From Chryseobacterium ginsenosidimutans (GTDB lineage: Bacteria; Bacteroidota; Bacteroidia; Flavobacteriales; Weeksellaceae): DNA of 32,000 bases. How positions within the stretch are numbered: position 1 is the first letter of the stretch; every line of letters begins with the position of its first letter. The stretch is from contig NZ_JANUCO010000001.1 in the NCBI RefSeq assembly GCF_024807225.1, positions 4,049,268 through 4,081,267 of the forward strand, read 5' to 3'. Under the pieces are notes generated by a model that was not told the origin of the DNA, made no database searches, and saw only the letters and a program-made list of their open reading frames with translations. Both the position numbers and the translations under genes were made by a program. This document shows positions 1 through 7,588 of the stretch, piece by piece.

Positions 1-45
1 GCTTCCTTCGACAAGCTCAGGATGACATACCCATTTCTATTGATG
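1..45. repeat. Dispersed intergenic repeat unit (core CCTTCGACAAGCTCAGGATGACA); copy possibly truncated by the window edge
   Basis: Positions 1-31 are identical to 2540-2570 and similarity continues to about 45/2583. Related cores at 11672-11700, 11731-11760, 11808-11840, 19363-19386. Confidence 0.8.
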
Positions 46-50
46 AGATA

Positions 51-1442
51 TTAATAACCCAAAAGTTTCAACACATCTTCCGGTTCCTGTTTTTCACGGA
101 AAATCTCGTATTGAAACTCTCCATTTTCATCTTTCTGGATCAGAATATGTCTCGGTTGAGGCATTAAACAATGGTGAACTCCACCATAACCTCCGATTGT
201 TTCCTGATACGCTCCTGTATGGAAAAAACCGATATATAAAGGTTTAGTATCACTGAAAACAGGTAAATAAATGGCGTTGGTATGCTGCTCAGAATTATAA
301 TAATCATCTGAGTCACAAGTCAATCCACCTAAGAAAACTCTTTCATAGGTATCTTCCCAACGGTTTAGCGGAAGCATGATAAAGTGTCTTGAAATCGCCC
401 AAGTATCCGGAAGAGTCGTCATGAAAGATGAATCAATCATATTCCATTTTTCTCTGTCGTTCTGACGTTTCTGAGAAATAATTTTATAAATATTTGCACC
501 ACTTTCTCCAACCGTAAAGCTTCCAAATTCAGTATAAATATTAGGTTCTTCTACTCCTTCTTCCTCACAGAATTTTTTAATCTGAGATACGATTTCTTCA
601 ACCATATACTGATAATCGTAATCAAACTGTAATGAAGTTTTGATAGGAAAACCGCCACCGATATTCAATGAATTTACTTCCGGAGCAATTTTTTTCAAAC
701 GCGCATATACACGAAGACATTTATACAATTCGTTCCAGTAATACGCCGTGTCTTTGATCCCGGTATTAATGAAAAAGTGAAGCATTTTCAGCCTTGCATT
801 CGGGTGTTCAGCGATTTTTTGACTGTAATAAGGAATGATATCTTTGTATCCGATTCCTAATCTTGAGGTATAAAATTCGAACTTCGGCTCTTCTTCAGAA
901 GCAATTCGGATTCCGATGTCAAAAGTTGTGTCGATGCTTTCTGTAAGTTTATCCAGCTCACGGTAGTTATCAAGAATCGGCGTAATATTTTCAAAACCAC
1001 TATTAATCATATCCGAAATTTTCGCCAGATAATCATCCGTTTTGAAGCCGTTACAGATTACTTCGATATCTTTCGTTACTTTTCCTTCTTTATAAAGAGA
1101 TTTTACGATATCCATGTCATAGGCTGAAGAAGTTTCTATGGAAATATCGTTTTTCAACGCCTCTTCCAATACAAACTTAAAATGACTTGATTTTGTACAG
1201 TAGCAATAGGTATAATTCTTCTTATAATCGGTCTTCTCAAAGGCTTCCTTAAACCAACTCTTGGCTTTTTGGATATTTTGAGAAATTCTCGGCAGGTAGC
1301 TAATCTTTAGCGGAGTGCCAAATTTTTCAACAACTTCCATCAAAGGAATGTCGTGAAACAACAAATTGTTCTCAGAAACATTGAACTCCTCAGTAGGAAA
1401 ATACAACGTCTGATCAATAAGTTCCGAGTATTTTATTTTCAT
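51..1442 (-). CDS. speA: Fold-type III PLP-dependent decarboxylase, arginine decarboxylase-like
   Basis: 463-aa ORF with PLP-lysine context YCYCTKSSHF, glycine loop NIGGGFP and active-site LTCDSDD. Length and N-terminus recall the ~460-aa flavobacterial arginine decarboxylases. Confidence 0.75.
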   Translation of the reverse strand: MKIKYSELIDQTLYFPTEEFNVSENNLLFHDIPLMEVVEKFGTPLKISYLPRISQNIQKAKSWFKEAFEKTDYKKNYTYCYCTKSSHFKFVLEEALKNDISIETSSAYDMDIVKSLYKEGKVTKDIEVICNGFKTDDYLAKISDMINSGFENITPILDNYRELDKLTESIDTTFDIGIRIASEEEPKFEFYTSRLGIGYKDIIPYYSQKIAEHPNARLKMLHFFINTGIKDTAYYWNELYKCLRVYARLKKIAPEVNSLNIGGGFPIKTSLQFDYDYQYMVEEIVSQIKKFCEEEGVEEPNIYTEFGSFTVGESGANIYKIISQKRQNDREKWNMIDSSFMTTLPDTWAISRHFIMLPLNRWEDTYERVFLGGLTCDSDDYYNSEQHTNAIYLPVFSDTKPLYIGFFHTGAYQETIGGYGGVHHCLMPQPRHILIQKDENGEFQYEIFREKQEPEDVLKLLGY

Positions 1443-1552
1443 TTCTAAACAAGTGAATTAAGAACTGCAAAATTGCTAAAAAAGTTTGATTTTTAAGCGT
1501 TAAATTTATCATAATTTTCAGCAGATTTATTGTAAAAATTTAGCTCAAATTA

Positions 1553-2428
1553 TCAATACGTAAACTTCTGAATGTATTCTTGTCTTTTATTTTCAGAAAT
1601 ACCCAATACCTGTTGAATATAAGCATCAATTGAACCATATTTATTATTGATTTCATTAAAAGAAGCATCCAAATAATCGGTTTCCACCCAGCTTAGTTTT
1701 TCCAGTACTTTAACATCCATTTTCGGATACACAAAATGTAAATTATTAGCAAGATTAAGTCGTTTATTAATTATTTTTTTTCTGTAATTATTGGATAAAA
1801 GATAATCGTTGTAAATCGTTTCTTTATCGAATTTTAAAATCGTTAAAATCAAAGCAGTTGTGATTCCTGTACGGTCTTTTCCGGCAGTGCAGTGGTATAA
1901 AATCGGTCGGTCTGAATCTAAAATTTCAGTGATAATTTTCTTGATGACTTCAGGATTTTCTGTGACATAATCTTTGTAAAAATCAAGCATTCTTTTGTCA
2001 GCATCGGCTCCGTTAACTTTTCCTTTTAATACCAATTTTTTCGCCTGATCCAATTGATCTCCTTCGTCTTCAAACGCAGAATAATTTTTATAAATAATTC
2101 CAACAGGAAGATTGTCGGGTTTCTGAGCTATTTCTTTTGAATTTCTAAGGTCTATAATTTCTTTTATTCCTAAATTTTCTAATTCTTTGAAAGAACTTTT
2201 TTTAAGTTTGTAAAGATTTCCGCTTCTGTAGAATTTCCCGTCTTTTAATGTTCTTCCGTCAACATTTTTAATATTTCCAACGGTTCGGAAATTGTTGACT
2301 TTTTTAATTTTACTGTTTTTTTCTATGACATTTTTTCCGCATTCGGGCGTGGAAAAATCCTGCGTTTTACATGAGAAAACACAGAGGATTGAAATGATTA
2401 GAAATGATATTTTAATTAGGTTTTTCAT
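1553..2428 (-). CDS. Tyrosine-protein phosphatase family lipoprotein
   Basis: 291 aa. Lipoprotein-type signal ending VFSC (Cys20). CX5R P-loop HCTAGKDRTG. Confidence 0.8.
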   Translation of the reverse strand: MKNLIKISFLIISILCVFSCKTQDFSTPECGKNVIEKNSKIKKVNNFRTVGNIKNVDGRTLKDGKFYRSGNLYKLKKSSFKELENLGIKEIIDLRNSKEIAQKPDNLPVGIIYKNYSAFEDEGDQLDQAKKLVLKGKVNGADADKRMLDFYKDYVTENPEVIKKIITEILDSDRPILYHCTAGKDRTGITTALILTILKFDKETIYNDYLLSNNYRKKIINKRLNLANNLHFVYPKMDVKVLEKLSWVETDYLDASFNEINNKYGSIDAYIQQVLGISENKRQEYIQKFTY

Positions 2429-2439
2429 TTTTGTTTTCC

Positions 2440-2460
2440 CACGGATTTCACGGATTTACA
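2440..2460. repeat. Tandem 9-mer CACGGATTT x2 plus a partial third unit
   Basis: CACGGATTT at 2440-2448 and 2449-2457, followed by ACA. Part of a mosaic of short repeat motifs filling the 2429-2622 spacer. Confidence 0.7.
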
Positions 2461-2539
2461 CAGATGATTGTGATTAATTGATGAGCTTTATTTTAAGTTT
2501 TGGCTAAAGCCAATTGTATTTATTCTTTTTTTTTAACGG

Positions 2540-2583
2540 GCTTCCTTCGACAAGCTCAGGATGACATACCGTTCCTATTGATG
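2540..2583. repeat. Dispersed intergenic repeat unit, second copy of the 1-45 element
   Basis: 31/31 identity with 1-31, then near-identity (CATTTCTATTGATG vs GTTCCTATTGATG). Like the first copy, it lies just 3' of a minus-strand stop codon (2623). Confidence 0.85.
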
Positions 2584-2622
2584 CAAATCTTGTGCTTATT
2601 TGTGAAAAACATTTGTGTTTAA

Positions 2623-3252
2623 CTACAAATAATTTCGTCCAATAAAAATCAACAAATCTCCTTTTTCATATTCAATAGAAACTTCGTCTTCCACCGCAAA
2701 ATTTCTCGTTCCTATTCTTGAAGCGATGCTTAAATTTCCTTTTGTTAAAGGCCAGTTCAATCCTGTTGTTGTAATATTTTCAACCGAAGGAAAAGGATAT
2801 AATGAAATCATTTTACCATTGACATCGTTTACAATAAAATTTTTCGGAATAAAATAATATTCAGAAAACTCATCATAAAACTTTATGTTTAATAAATCCT
2901 TAAAACCAAAAGCGACGGTAAGATTTCCTAAAAAATGATCCTGCTCTCCTCCGCTTCCACCTAAAACATCAACACTTTTACAACCTTTTTCTGCAATAAT
3001 TTCCAATGCTTTATGAAAGTCTGTTTTATCCTGATCCGGAGTGTAGATGAATTTTTCTTCGTACACATTTTCATCCGACCCGGAATGCGAATCGAAATCA
3101 CCGGAAATAAAATCCAGGTTATCCAAAGGGAAATTCAGATTTTTAAGATAATGAAAAGCGCCGTCTGTACAGGCAATTAAGCCGTATTCTTCAGGTTTTG
3201 GAAAAGTTTTTGGAGGATCTCCGTTGATGAAAAGTAATGCTTTATCTTTCAT
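2623..3252 (-). CDS. Thiamine diphosphokinase (thiamine pyrophosphokinase)
   Basis: 209 aa. Catalytic-domain motifs ISGDFDS and DQDKTDFHKAL. Overlaps the upstream TPR gene by 11 nt (operon). Confidence 0.75.
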   Translation of the reverse strand: MKDKALLFINGDPPKTFPKPEEYGLIACTDGAFHYLKNLNFPLDNLDFISGDFDSHSGSDENVYEEKFIYTPDQDKTDFHKALEIIAEKGCKSVDVLGGSGGEQDHFLGNLTVAFGFKDLLNIKFYDEFSEYYFIPKNFIVNDVNGKMISLYPFPSVENITTTGLNWPLTKGNLSIASRIGTRNFAVEDEVSIEYEKGDLLIFIGRNYL

Positions 3253-3874
3253 TTAATTCCTTTTTTATTACTTTCTCAGCATTCGAACTTGTAGTAACCA
3301 TCCATTTTCCAACATTCTTACCAGGTCTATTTTCTTCTACTTTTTGAATAAAATTTTTAGTATCATTCATATCTTCTGCATCTGGCTGCAGTTCGATATA
3401 TTTTTTAAAAGTCTCTAGCATTCTGCTAACTTCATCGTAAGACAAACCTTCCGTATAAAGTAAATTTCTATACGACTTTCCGATGAAAAAATTTACCCCA
3501 AAATATTGTCCAGAATTCTTATCAATTAAATTATATGATTTTTCAAAGTAAGAGATTGCTTTTCTAAAATCAGGTTTCTTCTTTGAGAAATTATTAATTC
3601 CGCCATACCAAAGTGCTGCAGCAAATAACGAATCTTTTTTCAAAACTTCCACAATAACTTTTTCTGCTTCATTATTTTTATTTTGCTTCATTAAAGCTAA
3701 TGCAAGTTGTGATTTGAAAATCAAATTATCAGGTTCTTGCTTTATTCCTTTTCGAAAAACGTTTTCCGCCTCAAAAAATTTATTTTCAGATAGTAGATTG
3801 TCGCCATCCTCAAGATAATTCTGAGAAAAAGCAAAACTGGAAAAAAATAGTAATAATAAAACGATTTTTTTCAT
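3242..3874 (-). CDS. Secreted tetratricopeptide-repeat protein
   Basis: The ATG at 3874 gives a canonical signal peptide MKKIVLLLLFFSSFAFSQ. The ORF-track start at 3886 is also possible. Helical TPR-like repeats (FFEAENVFRKGI..., NNEAEKVIVEVL...). Confidence 0.65.
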   Translation of the reverse strand: MKKIVLLLLFFSSFAFSQNYLEDGDNLLSENKFFEAENVFRKGIKQEPDNLIFKSQLALALMKQNKNNEAEKVIVEVLKKDSLFAAALWYGGINNFSKKKPDFRKAISYFEKSYNLIDKNSGQYFGVNFFIGKSYRNLLYTEGLSYDEVSRMLETFKKYIELQPDAEDMNDTKNFIQKVEENRPGKNVGKWMVTTSSNAEKVIKKELNER

Positions 3875-3875
3875 A

Positions 3876-4445
3876 CTATCTTTCATTCGGGTTCCAGTAT
3901 TCTTCCGGTTCGTTGTTCAATTTTGAAATATATCTTGCTAAAACAAAAAGATAATCAGAAAGTCTGTTTAAATATTTAATTAACTCAGGACGAACCTCTT
4001 CCGACTCATTTAAGAAAACTAAAGAACGTTCTGCTCTTCTACAAATTGTTCGCGCTGCATGTAAAAATGTTGCAGATTTTCCACCTCCGGGAAGAATAAA
4101 ATATTGAAGTGGCTCTAACTTTTCTTCAAAAGCATCCATCCAATTTTCTAAATCTTCAATTTCTTTTTCGGCAATAATTAATGGAAGTCTTGATTTTCCG
4201 TTTGCCAACATTAATTTATCAACAGGAGTTGCCGCTTCTGAACCCACCGTGAATAAATCAAACTGAATTTTCTTTAATTGTTTCAACACCTCTTCATCCT
4301 CAATATGACTTTTTGAAATCCCGATGAATGAATTGAGCTCGTCTATATTTCCGTAACTGTCGACTCTTGCACTTGCTTTTGAAACCCTCGTTCCACCGTA
4401 CAGCGCAGTCTGACCTTTATCGCCTGTTTTCGTGTAAATTTTCAT
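3876..4445 (-). CDS. ATP:cob(I)alamin adenosyltransferase, PduO type
   Basis: 189 aa. The N-terminus MKIYTKTGDKGQTALYGGTRVSK and the SYGNIDELNSFIG block are the PduO-type family signature. Confidence 0.85.
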   Translation of the reverse strand: MKIYTKTGDKGQTALYGGTRVSKASARVDSYGNIDELNSFIGISKSHIEDEEVLKQLKKIQFDLFTVGSEAATPVDKLMLANGKSRLPLIIAEKEIEDLENWMDAFEEKLEPLQYFILPGGGKSATFLHAARTICRRAERSLVFLNESEEVRPELIKYLNRLSDYLFVLARYISKLNNEPEEYWNPNER

Positions 4446-4547
4446 CGCACTAAATTACTTTTTTCTCAGAAGGTTTACAAATTTTGATTTGAGGGACTTT
4501 AAATTTCTATTTCCGACAAGAATCATAGCCCAGATTGCAACGGCATC

Positions 4548-4592
4548 CTTTTGGGTTGCGGTCGGAGCGAAGCGGAGACCGTAACCCAAAAG
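4548..4592. repeat. 16-bp stem hairpin repeat element (CTTTTGGGTTGCGGTC / GACCGTAACCCAAAAG, 13-nt loop)
   Basis: Arms at 4548-4563 and 4577-4592 pair over 16 positions with one G-T wobble. It sits in a 452-bp ORF-poor spacer. Confidence 0.7.
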
Positions 4593-4683
4593 ATATAGTG
4601 GAAAGCTGGAAATAGCTCCTGAAAGTTCCGAGTTTAAAGATTTGCATATGTTTCGAGATTCGAGTCTTTCATTGTTTAAAATA

Positions 4684-4706
4684 GATTTCGCCTTCGTCGA
4701 AATGAC
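4684..4706. repeat. Variant of the GTCAT...GAAGG dispersed repeat family
   Basis: GATTTCGCCTTCGTCGAAATGAC resembles the CCTTCGAC...ATGAC cores elsewhere in the window. Confidence 0.5.
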
Positions 4707-4897
4707 CTATTCTAATAACGTTTTTTATCTAAAATAAAAATGATCGATCCCAAAAGACCGACCACCTTCAAATTATTTATTTACTTAACATTGCTTAAGT
4801 ATGAGCCTTTAACGGAAAAATCTGTACGAATATTTTATGAAGAGCTAATTTTAATATTAACAAATATATTATATTATGAAAATCATATTCAGAAATA

Positions 4898-5617
4898 TCA
4901 GACAGCCCATTTTCCTGATTTTTTCATGTACCTGATAAAAAAATAATAGGCTGCAAAAACTAAAATGAAAGTCAATGCCAGTAGATTTCTGAAATCATCA
5001 TTTCCTTTGGTAAGTTGAGGATATTTAAACAGAAGGATTAAAACAATTCCGCAAAGCCAGACAAATTGTGTATTATATTCTTTAATCAGCCATCTTTTCC
5101 ATTCAAATTGCATGGAAGAGAAGGTTTCATTTAAACCTGAAATATTGGGAATCCATCGGTGAACTTTCTGGGTATAATTTTCAAAATCGGTTCCGAATTT
5201 ATTTTTCAGAAAATTTTCTTCAGCCAAAACAATACATTGATAAATAAACAGAAAAACAGGCATGATAATCAATGTATAAATCAAAGAATTAGCTAAAATC
5301 CCAACCCCTAAAAGCATCAAGATATTCCCTACATACAAAGGATTTCTGACGTGATTGAAAATACCTTCCGTTACCAAACCATCTGCGTAGACTTTTTTAT
5401 CTTTTCCGCCTCTCACGATATAAGCAAGACCAATTGTTCCACCGCGAATAAGCTGTCCTAAAACCGTAATCGTTAAGCCTAAAATAATAGCGATCCAAAA
5501 ATGATTTACTCCAAATTTTTCTCCAAACAAAAGAGGAGACGGAATAAATAAAAGTAAATACAAGACAATGAATAAAAAATTTCTGTATTTGAAGAAAAAG
5601 TTGCCGATCTGTATCAT
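4898..5617 (-). CDS. Polytopic membrane methyltransferase, isoprenylcysteine carboxyl / phospholipid methyltransferase (ICMT/PEMT) family
   Basis: 239 aa with several hydrophobic helices. Family C-terminal motif RNPLYVGNILMLLG ... LAEENFLKNKFGTDFENYTQKVHRWIP. The ATG overlaps the cmoA stop (ATGA, 5614-5617). Confidence 0.7.
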   Translation of the reverse strand: MIQIGNFFFKYRNFLFIVLYLLLFIPSPLLFGEKFGVNHFWIAIILGLTITVLGQLIRGGTIGLAYIVRGGKDKKVYADGLVTEGIFNHVRNPLYVGNILMLLGVGILANSLIYTLIIMPVFLFIYQCIVLAEENFLKNKFGTDFENYTQKVHRWIPNISGLNETFSSMQFEWKRWLIKEYNTQFVWLCGIVLILLFKYPQLTKGNDDFRNLLALTFILVFAAYYFFIRYMKKSGKWAV

Positions 5618-6354
5618 AATTTTTTTGCAATAATACCTGTGAAATTATACCATCTGAAAAACACTTCAACCTCGCCAAATCCAGCTTCTTGCAACATATT
5701 AATGTTTTCGCTGGTTTTATAAGGGATCAAAACATTTTCAAGAGCTTCTCTTTTTTGCGAAATTTCGAGTTCGCTGTAATTATTTCGACGTTTAAAATCG
5801 TAGTAATGATCGATATATTCTCTATTGAACGACTTCTCTTCTGTCAGGATTTTTTCAATAAAAATAAATACTCCGTTTTTCACCATTCCGTTGAAAATTT
5901 TCCTTACAATTTCCAAACGGTGAATCGGTCTGATAAATTGCAGCACCAAAACCATTGCTACAACCGAAGCATTTTCTACAGGAACTTTTTTGGTGAAATC
6001 AGCTACCTGAAGTTCGATATCGCGATTCATATTAAAATTATTGAGCTTTTCTCTGCATTTAATAATCATTTCCTCCGAATCATCAATTCCTATGAATTTA
6101 ATTCCTTCCTCAACGGTTTTATCCATCAAAAGCATTGTTGTTCCGGTGGAGCATCCGAGATCATAAACATGGGTTCCGAATTGCGCATAATTGCCCGCTA
6201 ATTCGCTCGTCATTCGTTGCAGCTCGTTATAAAAAGGAACAGAACGACTTACCATATCATCAAAAACACCTGCAACTTTGGTATTAAACTCAAAGTCCGG
6301 AAGATTTTCAAGTTTTTCTCTGAAAACCTCATCTGAAGTAATAGTTTCCGACAT
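5614..6354 (-). CDS. cmoA: Carboxy-S-adenosyl-L-methionine synthase
   Basis: 246 aa. SAM-binding VYDLGCSTG. CmoA signature block [24 protein letters not shown] matches E. coli CmoA ([24 protein letters not shown]). Confidence 0.85.
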   Translation of the reverse strand: [246 protein letters not shown]

Positions 6355-6576
6355 AAGATTTAGTTTTTAAGGATTATTTAATTCTATTTGAATTGAGCAT
6401 TATTTGGTTTCGTCCGTATTATTCATTGTTTTCCAACCATACAACTCAAAGCTTATTAAAATATCATTCTTACATTTAATGCTGAAAATTATCCTTTATA
6501 ATTAAAAATCAAATGAAATTTATCTTAATTAATCATTAACAAAAGATTTTATTTTTTTCATTTCTAAAAATCCTAC

Positions 6577-6611
6577 TGACAAACTGTTGTCATAACCCTG
6601 CTTTATCTTTG
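6577..6611 (+). promoter_or_regulatory. Putative promoter of the DinB-family gene with an overlapping palindrome
   Basis: TATCTTTG (6604-6611) matches the Bacteroidetes -7 consensus TAnnTTTG, 30 nt before the ATG. Palindrome TGACAA-ACTG-TTGTCA at 6577-6592 covers the -33 area. Confidence 0.4.
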
Positions 6612-6640
6612 TATCAACAATAACAAACCATATTAAAATT

Positions 6641-7132
6641 ATGACAACTACAGCAACAATCACAAAACAATTCATGACTTCTGAGCAATTATTAGAACAT
6701 TGGCAAGGTCATAGAAACTTAACAAGAAGAGTAATCGAAATGTTCCCGGAAAAAGAATTATTCGAGTTTTCAGTAGGCGGAATGAGACCTTTTGCAAAAT
6801 TGGCATTAGAATTAATCAGCATCGGAGGACCGGCTTTGAAAGGAATCGTGAACAAAAATATGGAAGCGTACAACGAAGAAGCTTTTAACCCGAAAACGAA
6901 AGAAGATATTTTGAAAAAATGGGACGAGGAAACGGAAGTAATTAATCAATATTTCAGTGAAATTACAGAAGAGCGTTTCCAGGAAACTTTCAATTTATTC
7001 GGTCAGTATGAATTTCCGGTGTATCAGAATATTTTGTATTTCGTTGATAATGAAATTCATCACCGTGGACAAGGATATGTTTATTTAAGAGCTTTAGGAA
7101 TCGAGCCGCCTTTTTTTTGGGAGAGATTTTAG
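6641..7132 (+). CDS. DinB-family (DinB_2-like) metal-dependent protein
   Basis: 163 aa. Four-helix DinB-like pattern with C-terminal DNEIHHRGQGYVYLR motif. Confidence 0.75.
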   Translation: MTTTATITKQFMTSEQLLEHWQGHRNLTRRVIEMFPEKELFEFSVGGMRPFAKLALELISIGGPALKGIVNKNMEAYNEEAFNPKTKEDILKKWDEETEVINQYFSEITEERFQETFNLFGQYEFPVYQNILYFVDNEIHHRGQGYVYLRALGIEPPFFWERF

Positions 7133-7293
7133 GTTCTTTAATGCCTTTATGGAGACTAAAATCTTTAATTAAACTTAATATGAAAAATCAATCATAATCT
7201 AAAGGGCGGAAATGCTTTCTATACATTAAATTTTGACACAATTTTGTGATCTGCAAATTCGCCTTTTTATTATTAAACCATCTTCAAATTAAA

Positions 7294-7338
7294 TTAATAT
7301 TGCCTTAAAAACCTCAACAGATAATTTGTTGGGGTTTT
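7294..7338. terminator. Bidirectional intrinsic-terminator-like hairpin, copy 1 of a 45-nt repeat
   Basis: AAAACCTCAACA (7307-7319 region) pairs with TGTTGGGGTTTT (7327-7338) with one G-U. A-run upstream and T-run downstream. Confidence 0.55.
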
Positions 7339-7542
7339 AACGCAAAGGTTAAATTTATATCTGCATTATTTTAGAAGACAAAGGCAAATAAAAGTTGCTT
7401 CGCGAAGCGTGAAAATAGCACTTCATCAAATCAACTTGTTGATTCATCTTTGCTCACTTCAATTAAAGAACTATTGAATTAAAACTTTGCGTCAAAAAAT
7501 GAGCAGCAATTTTTAAATGTTTAAATTAAATTTAAATAGACT

Positions 7543-7588
7543 TTAATATTTCCTTTAAAACCTCAACAAACAATTTGTTGGGGTTTTT
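7543..7588. terminator. Bidirectional intrinsic-terminator-like hairpin, copy 2 of a 45-nt repeat
   Basis: Same unit as 7294-7338 (TTAATATT..CCTT..AAAACCTCAACA-N7-TGTTGGGGTTTT). It abuts the TAA stop of the YafY gene (7587-7589). Confidence 0.65.

Noticed and set aside
2292-2477. 61-aa plus-strand ORF
   Set aside because: It is antisense to the 5' end of the phosphatase gene and runs into the CACGGATTT tandem repeat.
4446-4740. Cobalamin or TPP riboswitch upstream of the adenosyltransferase / thiamine kinase operon
   Set aside because: I could not find the B12-box or the TPP core motifs (CUGAGA / ACCUGA type) on the minus strand. The structured parts look like repeat elements instead.
4740-4946. 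68-aa plus-strand ORF in the long spacer
   Set aside because: Its sequence is low-complexity, it overlaps the 3' end of the ICMT-family gene, and it has no promoter box or recognisable motif.
5397-5678. 93-aa minus-strand ORF overlapping the cmoA/ICMT junction
   Set aside because: It is an alternative frame of two supported CDSs and has no independent support. The same reasoning applies to 7763-8053, 11045-11245, 8773-9244, 10791-11027, 12781-13044, 13507-13758, 14532-14792, 15546-15827, 16236-16442, 18000-18281, 20163-20381, 22135-22410, 24553-24834, 25598-25780, 27315-27518 and 29517-29753.
5689-6201. 170-aa plus-strand ORF
   Set aside because: It is entirely antisense to the well-supported cmoA CDS, with a low-complexity F/I/N-rich translation typical of the reverse frame of an AT-rich gene.
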